A stretch of 64,000 nucleotides of DNA, from positions 20,770,001-20,834,000 of the forward strand of contig CM074516.1 in the NCBI GenBank assembly GCA_037379345.1, read 5' to 3'. Source of the stretch: Perna viridis (Eukaryota). This document shows, one piece after another, positions 53,257 to 64,000 of the stretch (position 1 is its first letter; each line of letters starts with the position of its first letter). The notes below the pieces were generated by a model. The model did not search any database, was not told the DNA's origin, and worked only from the letters and a program-made list of their open reading frames with translations. Both the position numbers and the translations under genes were made by a program.

Positions 53257-53718
53257 TTTAAGTGCACAAAAAGATTTAAATAGCCTCTTACAATTATAGA
53301 CATATGAAATAAGATACAAAATAATGTAAATTGATCAATTACACCTACAGCTACATTTCAGTCCATACCTGTCAAAGGTACAAAGTTTCAATGAAATCTG
53401 ATAAACAAAAATCAAATGTGATGTCATTTTCTGTGACAAGTTAAGGAGAGTTTTAATCATTATTGATTGGATGGATTGTGTATACCCTTTCTAATTAGGA
53501 AACATGATACAACTAATCACCAGCTAAATAAGGGGAGATAATTGTTGTGTCAATAACATAACATGACATAATAGCCTTGGTGTTACAAATGCGATGGCCA
53601 CTATGATAGTATTCGATTATGCTGAAATTATGTCCCATAATATAATTATTATTTCTCAATCTGTTGTGACATGAGCTTTTGGTGTTGTCTCTAACATCCT
53701 TTTACTAAATTTCTCTTT

Positions 53719-54172
53719 TAAGAGGCTGTCCATGTAAAAATCAGGCAGCTCATATGATATAGGTGGCATGGGATAATCTTCATCCCACTGAATTTTTGTT
53801 TTCAATGTAATATACAATAATGTATATATATATTTAAGCCTAAAGGATTGCACAATGATACCGTTAAAGATGTTAATACACTATAATAAAACATATAATG
53901 AGCAAAATTTTTTGTCGACTAATGACCTTCTTCAGTGCCTTAAATAAAGTGTATATATATTGTTTTAAATGGATAATGGATGGCTCAGAAATTGACATTA
54001 TTATTCCCTAACAATGCAACCAAATTTTTCTCAAATTAATGAGTTATCTCCCCTTTTTCAATGAGTTTCAATGCTTTCTACGTAATTGATTTCTCTTCAA
54101 ACATAAAGTCAAAAACCAACAAAATTTGTCATGTGCCACCCACTCTCTGGTTTTTGCATGGACTCCCTCTTG
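53719..54172 (+). mobile_element. MITE family C with internal insertion (~53830-53955)
   Basis: Collinear with 26395-26799. Confidence 0.75.
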
Positions 54173-55696
54173 AAGATTTTGTTGACAAGTTTACATTACT
54201 TACTATTTAGTTGATAAGTAGTGTGACAATGTATTTTTCCAGTAGCAACAGAATTGTCTTTCCTTTACAATCAAATGTAATAATGATGATTTTATAAAGG
54301 TTTAAGAGTTGCAGCCCCTGAAGTGGATCTAAATGGTGTTATTGGTTACATATAGATAGTTTATTTGTTATAATTAGTCTTTCTTTCTATTTAATTTCTT
54401 TTATATTTAAAAATACATTTTCATGATTGAGTGAAGTAATTTTAATTTTTGACCTCATAATTATAAAGTGAATTATTCATTCTATTGAGATTTAATGCTT
54501 TCGTCTCTACTTAAATGCCTCTTAGTTGACAATATTACTGTTTAGTATGATATCATTAATTATATTGACCGATATATTACGATAAGCAATAACAAATACT
54601 TTTCATTATGATTGATAATAAAATAACACAATTATATTTTCAACCTCAATATTTATATTTCATTAATAAATCTCTTTTCCTTGTCATTATGGGAAATACA
54701 GCATACAAATTTTCAATGAAGTGAGACCAGTAATAATATAAGAAATATATTGGCACAATAGCTGAAATTAAAAACTTGCTATTGATAAAAGCCTACATTT
54801 TTTCGTCTATTGAAATAAAGTGCAAATTAGGATGCCGATTTATTTGTCAGATGGCATTTAAAATGAATTTAAATATTTTAGAAGGAACAAAGGAACCGCT
54901 TATGAAAATAACACAGGTTTTCACCTGAATATTTGTAGAACGACATTGCTTTTGTAAAGTAATTTTATAGTTTATGTACTTGAGTAAGAACTGTTTGGTG
55001 AGAAAATGTGATTTGAGATGTTTAACATTAGTTCAAGGTAGGAAATGCCTCTGTTTTTAATCAAGAGTATATAAAAAGTAAAAGGCATATTAACTAAGGG
55101 CAATAACTCTTATAAATCAAGACTTTATATCTAATTTATATCTTGTATGTTTTGATTTTCAATTTTGTTTATGGGTGAAAGGCAAGTCATGTAGATTATT
55201 TTAATAGCACTTATGTGAAATCTTTCCATTTAAATTTTTAAATTGCATGCAATGATTGAATCATATTCACTGCATGATATATTCTTGAGTTTTTTATTTC
55301 TTACATATCGTTTCACTTTCGTTTTGCAAAATTGCTGTCTTCATCTGCCAAAAACACTGATCTTCAGGACACCTTGTTTCCAGATGCTAAATATCATATA
55401 GAACTAATTTAAGACCCCCTGTCCCTGGTCGATTAATTTTGATATGCAACTAATGCCATTTTTAATGACTCGTCAAGTACATATCAATGAAATGGATTAA
55501 AAACCATAAGTGATAAATGGGCATTCCTGCTCAGAATGAGATGTTTGTTTTATATGTATAATCACCCTACACTGCATGATACATAAACATACCTTAATAT
55601 TAAAGTTTTGTTACATTAGCAGTTAGTAAAATAAGACATTTCAGTGTTCAGTTGGTAGAATTCATTTGAAGAGTAAGTTTATTACCTCTTTTGCAG

Positions 55697-55781
55697 GAGA
55701 GGATGTTACCAAGGGAGACATGTTGGTTGCTATGGATGTTGTACCTGACAACAACCTACTTATCACACACTGGAGGTCAAG
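55697..55781 (+). CDS. Exon encoding an N-terminal signal peptide of a secreted or cell-surface protein (MLPRETCWLLWMLYLTTTYLSHTGGQ, phase-1 end)
   Basis: Acceptor ttacctcttttgcag and donor AAG|gttagt. ATG at 55703 has A at -3. Hydrophobic core followed by T-G-G|Q. Sequence is unique and GC-richer than the flanks. Confidence 0.65.
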
Positions 55782-55907
55782 GTTAGTATAATATGGTATC
55801 AGTTTTCCTGTCTGTATGTCTGTTTTCTGTCACTAAAAAATGGAATCATTACCCTCCTACACAAAATAATTTTACAAAACATATAGCTTGATTCTCCCTC
55901 TATTTTC

Positions 55908-56069
55908 CAGGCGCGGATCCAAGGATGGGCGTGTTGGACGTACGCCCCACCTAGAATTGAACAAATTTTTTTTTGCATAAAATCTGGATTTTTCACAAAT
56001 TTTACCCACAAAATTTTCTTTAATTCCCCCTCACCCCCCACCTAACCTTAGATCCTGTATCCGCCCCTG
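55908..56069. mobile_element. MITE, family of 8540-8773
   Basis: ttttc|caggcgcggatcc ... gtatccgcccctg|gtttc. Confidence 0.7.
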
Positions 56070-57387
56070 GTTTCATTACTTTTATTGTTATCAAATGGCT
56101 TGGGACAAACTAATGATAGACTTACATCATTGAGAAAATTTACAAAATTATAGGCCTATCATATTCTACATAATTCTTAGATTTACCTGTATTGAAACAA
56201 TAGCTAAGTCATCTGCTATATTTTTTATACATCATTTTAATATGTGCATGCTTTTTTTATTGCAGTATTTTCTATTGTTGAAAATACTGCAATAATTTAT
56301 TTTTGCAATATTGAGGAATTATTGCAACTCCTTCACATTTTTGTGTGTAATTTATCAAGTTTACAATGTCCATATCAGTCTCTATCAAACACAATGGATG
56401 TAGATGTACTTATATATTTTGCTACAGGAAACAGACAAATGCTATTTACATTCTTACACTTGTTTTCAGTTTGTTTCCACTGAGTAAAATCATAAATAGT
56501 GTTACATTCCAGTGATCATTAATCACGTTGTGTAAAAAGACAGGAAAAATCCTAATTCAATTGGAAGCGCTTCGTTAAGTTTTAAGAAATCCTATCGATT
56601 CAAAATCCAATTTAGGCGTTAATTTTAAAGGAAATTTTGAAAACTGATGCCATAAGCTTTAAAGCATATTTGTTCTTGACGAAATTATTCTTCAAAATTA
56701 GCACCCTTGCATCATGTTACATCATTTCTGAGTTGTAACACTAGCAGTTAATTCATCACAAATACTATTATAGTGTCACTGTTCTCAAGGAAATGGTTGT
56801 CATGATGTGAAAATTTTAAAATTTCTTTTAATTTTGACATAACTACTGTTAAGTTAAGCAGAAATTTCCGTGGCATATACACTTGATGTCCTTAGTTTCT
56901 TGGATAATGTTTTTTTTTTTCACAGGCACAGACAATATAAAATGAAAATAACCTGAACCCTTACAAATTGTCCTTCTCCGCCAGATAATCGGTGTAGTTT
57001 TGATGAGCTTATTTGCAGAGAAGCCGAAGATCAATTCTACTTTTCCCCTTTTGACTTGTTTTAACTGTACTTTTGGGGATTGAAAGCAATCTAACTTGGC
57101 ATTTAATGTTTTAAATCAGAATTGGATGTGATTTTAGTGGCCTTTAATGGTAGATCTAAAATAACAGTAAGCAGTCTGTGAAATAAACTTTATACTACTG
57201 TGTACATTTTGTTTAAATTTACAGAAAGTAAAATAGTAATGTCCAGTTAACTTCCTAAGACAGTTTATTGGGTGATGGTCACTTAAAAAAGGGAAGACCA
57301 ACTCTCTTTTCTGAACAAACCAGAAACCTGACTTAACCAGATATCTTCTTAGGTCCTTTGTAAACCTCACACATGTCTCAACTGGAC

Positions 57388-57640
57388 AAAAGAGTAATCA
57401 AGGAGCCAAGATTGAAGCGGAAATTAAAAAGAATATAATCCATGTATAAAAACCAGACTGGGAAAACAGACACACTAATCAAAGAACATGAAATGACCCA
57501 AATACCACATAATAAAAAAACAAAAGCAAATGAGCAACATGGACTCCACCAAAAACTAGGAGCATGGACCAGCTGCACTGGTAAGGGAGTATCCTCTGCT
57601 TTTCTAGAAACACACCACAAGTTACTCATAAAATGTCAAG
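57388..57640 (-). mobile_element. Penelope-like element 3' UTR (diverged)
   Basis: Reverse complement of 15835-16070. Confidence 0.85.
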
Positions 57641-57723
57641 TCTCCTGTGTAGACAAAAGAGCAAAGGAAAACTATGAAACAGGGATTAAATTTGTTCTTA
57701 TGGTGCACTACACTGTAACAATT

Positions 57724-57877
57724 AAGAAATAGTTCGTGGAGGGGTAGATTTGTACTCATTTTAACATGGGTACGACATTTATATTCTCATTTAACACCTT
57801 GCTATTGCTCAGTGTTAAATAATCGAATAGAAATGTTAAAATGACTACAAATCTACCTACTCCATGAGTTATTTCTT
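57724..57877. mobile_element. Short foldback MITE
   Basis: aagaaatagttcgtggaggggtagatttgtactcattttaacat versus atgttaaaatgactacaaatctacctactccatgagttatttctt. Confidence 0.75.
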
Positions 57878-58457
57878 TTCTTATATGACAAATACAGTAA
57901 TTTTTGTGACAAAAATTTCCTTAGGCATAGCTTACATAACAGGTATCCCGTTTAACCTCCCCCATATGGAAGTTGGATTTAATTTGTATATTTATTTCAT
58001 CGTATGTGTTAAATGTGTGTATTTGTATAATTGATCTCAATTAGATAACCTCTCAGCCGTTAAATCATCGTGTAAACATTTATAAATGAGTGGTTTGTCT
58101 CGAAGCCAAAGCGAAAGAAAGAGTGACAGTGTGCAGGTGCTAAAGGTGGGGTTATACTGATTTATACTATTTGTTGATATGAAGACATCATAGTAGAATA
58201 TACCGTAACGATTAGGTAAAATCTTTGTTCCTAATGATGTTCTGTTGAGACAGCTAGGGCTCACTGTAATGTGAAAGTACTTATATCCTAGGATACAGAT
58301 TTTCATGGTTTTAAATAATTTCTTTGCTTCATTGGGTTTTAAATTGAAAGCACTTAGCTCTTTAAGTTAACAATTAAAGATACAAGTACCTTACATTTTG
58401 TTTGGAATTGGATTTGTTGTTTCACAGAATATCATCACTGTTTGCACTACAACTCTG

Positions 58458-58498
58458 CCCCCCCCCCCCCCCACACACACACACACACAAAAACACAC
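58458..58498. repeat. poly-C plus (CA)n microsatellite
   Basis: Read directly from the sequence. Confidence 0.9.
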
Positions 58499-60785
58499 CT
58501 CTAACATGATATGGTATAGAATAACAAATCATAGTTATTGAATGATATTTCCTGCACTGTTGTTCTGGTTAGTTTGCCAATGTTCATTTTATGATGTTTT
58601 AAAGTTCAGTTGATTTATCTAATATCCTTTTATTAATTATTTAATATAACTGTTTCACATTTTCATTGATATTTTCAGACCATTAAACGGAATCAAAACA
58701 ATAATTATTTCATTTAATCTTACACAGTAGCAACTATAGCAATGAATAATTCAACTTGAACTGTGCTCATCTTGTGGGCAAAAAGCAACTTGAATCCCTG
58801 ATGAATAGCATGCTAGTCTCCAATATTAGCAGAAGTCTTGAATTCCTAACACAGTTTCTGTGCCTTGTTAATTTCTAGTAACACCTTCGTGCAGGTGAAA
58901 GTAACATCACTGATGTGTTTGCAGGTTAATTACAGCATATACAATGATAATGTTCAGGGAACAGAGTAGGTCTTTGGTAGTTAATTAGACATTTATACCT
59001 TCTTTTAAAGGCATTTGAATGTATATCTGATAGACATTCAAATGTCAACTTGACTATCCAAGGTAGAACATTAGAAAACCAACCTTTTCCTCTGAACATT
59101 ATCAATGCATGTGCTGTAAACTAGGATGGTCACATCTGATTTTATTTTTATGACACCATATCTTTATGAAATATGAATGTGTGAATGTTGTAAAAGGATC
59201 CTGTGAGAGATTTTCTACTATGATAGTAGCAAAAATCTATTAGTATTTATACTGAATGACATGTGTACATGAGAGTGTGAAAACAATTCTTCATGACATG
59301 AGGATGGAAAGCAGATCTGTGCATGTATTTTTAATGGTTAACCAGGTGTACATATCCCTAAAATCAGAAAGAAAGTGTTTGCCAACAAATCTTGATACTC
59401 TATAAACATACACATATGAATTAAGATATTTGTCATAGGTACTTATTATTTTTTTTCAAGATTATTTTATTGAGTTTCTTTGCCAGGGAGGAAGTAATAG
59501 AACTAAGCTTTAAATGGAAACACTGCTTTAAATGTCATCAGACAATTAATTAGTTGTTGACACAGTTTTACAGCTCAATTGTTAAATGTCTTGTTTTGAT
59601 TTGGGAACATAGGGTATGCTGATAGGTACATTTAAAAAAAATTGTGTGAATGTTTGTCAATTTCAGAGTCACAATGTGCCACTCAGTAATATCACAATTC
59701 CAGTCCACTTGGCTAATCTATGTTTTACATGATGTAATACTGACAAAATTACACATGACCATCCACTAATTTACACAGTGCTTGATAGACCAATGTAAAC
59801 GAGCCATTAGCATTTATACTATCACAAACATTTCTATCCATGACAACTATCATTTTACATTACCATTGAAGAAAGAGGAAATTGAAAAGGAATTGCTGTC
59901 GTAGCATCAGACGGCTTCATACCTTACTTAGAATGGTTTTTAAGTTAATACCGTTGTCAATTTACTCTCTTGCTTTAATCAATGTTTTGGGAATTGTAAA
60001 AAAAAAACAGTCTCTGCCAGTCTGGATAGGTCATAGTCTGATCTGACATTGTCAAAGATTTCTAGAAAGATTTTGTAATTGAGAAGTTTTGTATTTGGCC
60101 GTAGGGTCATGGCGTGGATTTTATACTTGGAATAGCGGAGTGTTATACTGACAACTTAACCACAGTCAAATGCAGATTCTGAGATTTTGGAAAGGGCATA
60201 GGTTCCAAGCTTATAATTGTTCAATTGATGCCCTGAAAATGTGTAAATGTAACAGATCTGTGAAAAATTATGGGTTTTAACTATTTGAACACTCTACTAC
60301 CTCCCCCACCCTTGTTCTGAAATGCATAAAATATTTGCCATAGATGTTAAAACACAATTAATCAATTTAATTTGTAGCAGGATATCAGTATGTCTACCCT
60401 TTGTCTTAGCTTGCTTCAAGTTTGAATTTATCTGATGTGATTGAGATAACCCATAGACTCCAGGGTTTAGCCTGCTAGACTAGAATTAAATAATAGAAAT
60501 TATATTATTTCTAAAAAAATAACTACAGAAAATTAAGAATGGTATTTGATAAGAAAACTACAATTTTAATTAATTTAAGCAAAGATAGTGGAGCCTCATA
60601 TTCAATTTAATTACCATTTTGGACTTGCAAATAATAAAAAAAAAAAAGGGAAACAAAACCAGGGAATTTTTAGTTTTTGTTATCAGCTTGATTTTCCAGT
60701 ATTTTCTTTAGTGCCTCTGGATACTTGAGCAATTCATGTGAAACTTTACTTTTAACTGTTTTATCATCATTAGGTCTACCAAATA

Positions 60786-61624
60786 TTAAATACCATTCTG
60801 TGTAAGAATCAGGCAAAGAGTAATCAAAGGAACCAAGGTTATAGCAGTAATCAAAAGAAAGTAATCCAGAGACAAAGACCAGACATGGAAAACAGACATA
60901 CACAACAAAGAACATAAAGTAACTAAAATCATACATACAAAGTAACAAAAGTAAATGAGCAACTTAGACTCTACTAAAAACTGGGAGCATGGACCAGGTG
61001 CACCGGTAGGGTAAGCGTCCTCTGCTTTTCTAGAAACACCCGCCGAGTTGCTCATAAAAAGTCCAGTCCGGGGTAGACAAACGAGGAAAGGAAAACTATG
61101 ACCCGTTGAATAAATCAGTTTTCATGGTGCTGATGGATACACCATAATGATCCACAAGTTCATGATGACGACCATAAAACTTCTGTAGTGATGACTTCAA
61201 TCTTGTAGCAACATAACCCTGTTCCAGAAGCCTATTTGTTAGAGTTCTAGCATGATACAAAAAGTCTGCAAAGGGTGGTACATAATTTTCCCTGTAATTT
61301 TTTGCCTCTAATATATTCAATACATCTAGAAAACAACCAAAAAGCTATTTAAATTTATCATGGAGTATATTTGAAGTAGATATATTTTGACTGCTTTTAC
61401 AGGAAAAAAGTGGGAATATTTTCTGTCCATTTTTCCATAGTGCAAACTAAATTTGACCTAAAACAATATCTTAAAAAGGCAACCCTTACATTCTCTTTTA
61501 TGGTTATTTGTGAGGGTTATGAGGTATAAATAATTGGATAATGCAATAAAATCTCTGCATGTTTTTCTTCATGTGTCATACCTTATACACATTTTGCCTG
61601 ATTCTTAGTCAGAGAAGTAGTTAA
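60786..61624 (+). mobile_element. MITE family A1 interrupted by a Penelope-like insertion
   Basis: ttaa|ataccattctgtgtaagaatcaggc ... ttgcctgattcttagtcagagaagtag|ttaa. 61270-61620 is collinear with 5515-5885. Confidence 0.85.
60815..61269 (-). mobile_element. 5'-truncated Penelope-like element (RT C-terminus plus 3' UTR)
   Basis: ADFLYHARTLTNRLLEQGYVATRLKSSLQKFYGRHHELVDHYGVSISTMKTDLFNGS*. Close match to 15630-16070. Confidence 0.9.
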
Positions 61625-62148
61625 GTCAACTGCCCTCTTTGTACCATTGATGTCCATTAAGCTTTCAGCTCATGTTCAATTCTACTGAAAACCTTTAAGT
61701 TTACCAGTAATATGATTTAAAGGCTCTTATGTAGTAATGAAGTTTATATGTGCCCATTGCAGTCAGTGCTGCTCTATAAGCAGAAGAAAAACTTCCTAAC
61801 TTTAAATGCCGCTTGGTGAATGGATCTACTTTTATCCCCGTTTTATTACTATTCTGTCAAATATTTTCAAGAAGAAATTCTCCTTTCTACATTCGAGGTT
61901 ATATTTTTGCATTACAGAAATGATCAAGTTTAGTTCAGATTGGTGCCCATTATTGACAGAGGTATTCTGTTGTATGTATTCTTATGCAAGACTAGATCTC
62001 AGAACCAGAAAACTGGAAAAATTCTTAAGTCTGTGAATATTCTTAACTTCCATGGTAACTTCATTCAAAGTCTTTGGATTGAATGACATCACAAAGAGTT
62101 AAGAGCATTCTTAAGTCAGGGGTCAGACCTCAACAATGTTTAAAGGGA

Positions 62149-63040
62149 TTTTAAGCTCACCTGGCCAAAGGCCATGTCAGCCATTGTCATCACATGGCCT
62201 CCTAGGTCCGACATCGTTGTGGTCGTCCATCATCATTAACAATTTTTCAAAACTCTTCTCCTCTGACACTACTTGATCAATTTGTACCAAACTTGGTATG
62301 AATGTTCCTCAGGGAATTCTGAATAGAAATTATGTGGGGATTTTTTATCGGTGGAAAAACATGACTGTTGTTACTAAAAATAGAATATAAGGGGCTGACG
62401 GAAGTTTGTCAAATATATATCTCAAAAACTGTTAGGTTTAGCCACAGTCTGACATTGGGAAAAGTGTTAAGCATAATGAGATCTATCTGTGGTCAAGTTT
62501 TCGTGTTGATCTGTTATGCCTTTGAGTTATTGCCCTTTTTGGAATTTTTTTTCGCTATTTTCAATGTTATTTCTTTCAAAAGTTCTTCTCCTCTGACACT
62601 ACTTGACCAAGTAGAACTAAACTTGGTATGAATGTTCCTTAGGGTATTATACATCGAATTGATGTGGGGATTTTTGATCCAATGAAAAATATAGCCCTAT
62701 TACTAAAAATAGAGCATAGGGGTCATACAGTTTTTTTATAAGATATCTTCAAAACCTTTAGGTTTAGCAAAGTTCTGATGAGATCAATCCGTGGTGAAAT
62801 TTTTGTGTTAATCTGTTCAGCCATGTTTGAGTTGTTGTCCTTTATTGATGTTTTTTTTTCTCTTTTAATTGTTATGTCCTTCAGTAATCTTCTCCTTAGA
62901 CACTACTGGACAATGATATGATTGTTCCTTAGGTTTGAGCTTTAGAAATTTTTATTCAAGAAAAAATATAGCTACTTTTACAAAAATAGAATGTTGCTGA
63001 TAAACCAGGTGAGCGATTCAGGCTCTTTAAGGCCTCTACT
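62149..63040. mobile_element. Helentron-associated element (HINE-like) with ~300-330-bp internal repeats
   Basis: tttt(a)agctcacctgg ... ccaggtgagcgattcaggctc...ggcctct (subterminal IR plus end hairpin). Units cttctcct..gacactact at ~62256, 62585 and 62888. Confidence 0.85.
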
Positions 63041-63154
63041 TACTGTTCTTTGCCATTTGTCAGAGGAGCTGCTGTTAAGTTGGTCTTCTGCTCAGTACAT
63101 CTGTTGATCCATAATTTAAAAAAATCTCACAATCTCTAAGTGTATACAGAATCA

Positions 63155-63333
63155 CATGCTCCCAGTTTACGGTGGAGTACAGGTTTCCCATTTACTTTCG
63201 TTTCTGTGTTTGCCTTATTTGGGTTATTTCTTGTACTTTGTTGTGTATGTCTGTTTTCATTGTCTGGTTTTTATCCTTGGAGTATATTCTTTTGATTTTC
63301 GCTTGCATCTTGGTTCCATTTGATTACTCTTTT
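63155..63333 (+). mobile_element. Penelope-like 3' end (diverged)
   Basis: catgctcccagttt..gtggagt...catttactttc...gattactctttt. Confidence 0.8.
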
Positions 63334-64000
63334 ATTGTTTTTAGGATTCAGCTAGATGTATACGCAGTCAGTTTTATCTCGTTGATTGTTAATTGTTTTC
63401 GAGTCACATTGTTTGGTCTTTAGAGATTTGTGCCATCACACTTGATATTGTATACATGAGCTGGTCTATTTTTTTTTTATCAGGATGTTTAAATATATCG
63501 CTGAGCTGATGTGTCTTTATGGTTCATAGTAGTGGTGTCCATCTAACAGTCATGTTTTTAGTCACTTAATTTGCCTATATCAGCAGATTTTTATTGTTTT
63601 TCTATTGGCCTTTTGCCCTGATATTTTTATTGCTGTGAGACTAAAAATATCAGCAATTTTCAAGGACAATGTTGTGGAGTCCAAGAATTACAGAATAACA
63701 TCTCCACAGAATATTACATGTCTTCCTATCAGGTTTTTTGTCTTGACTGAAGGACTGCTGTTATTCAGTATTTGCAGATTAAGTACAGTCACACTAAAAA
63801 ATTACATCCATGCTTGGTCTATTTTTTATCAGAAACTCTAGATTAATTGTCAACTTAATGTCCTCCTGATATGTTTTATTGGTATCCCTCTAACTCCTGC
63901 CGATTAAGCGTGCCAGAGATTTCCTAGGTAGATCTACATCTACTAATTAAGTTGCCTGTCTGTAGATGATAAGATTAATTTTCCCGTCATTTTCATTGCT

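Overview
AT-rich, strongly CpG-depleted eukaryotic (animal) DNA. The repeat repertoire suggests a bivalve mollusc, by inference: Helentron-type HINEs, Penelope-like RT remnants with a YDKR thumb motif, and TTAA- and TA-flanked MITEs. There is no intact long ORF. The window reads best as giant introns of one + strand gene. Two small candidate exons (18016-18111 and 55697-55781) splice in frame, and the second encodes a signal peptide ending at a phase-1 intron. The rest is a layered set of mobile elements: about 7 Penelope-like (probably Naiad-type) remnants sharing a structured 3' UTR, a complete ~535-bp non-coding RTE-derived retroposon with a perfect 12-bp TSD, an internally deleted FLYWCH-MULE with a perfect 9-bp TSD, several MITE families (some nested), HINEs, and minisatellites, one of which arose inside a MITE. 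Small CpG-retaining patches may be regulatory. I found no prokaryotic features, CRISPR arrays or tRNA/rRNA genes, and no convincing wholly new multi-gene system.
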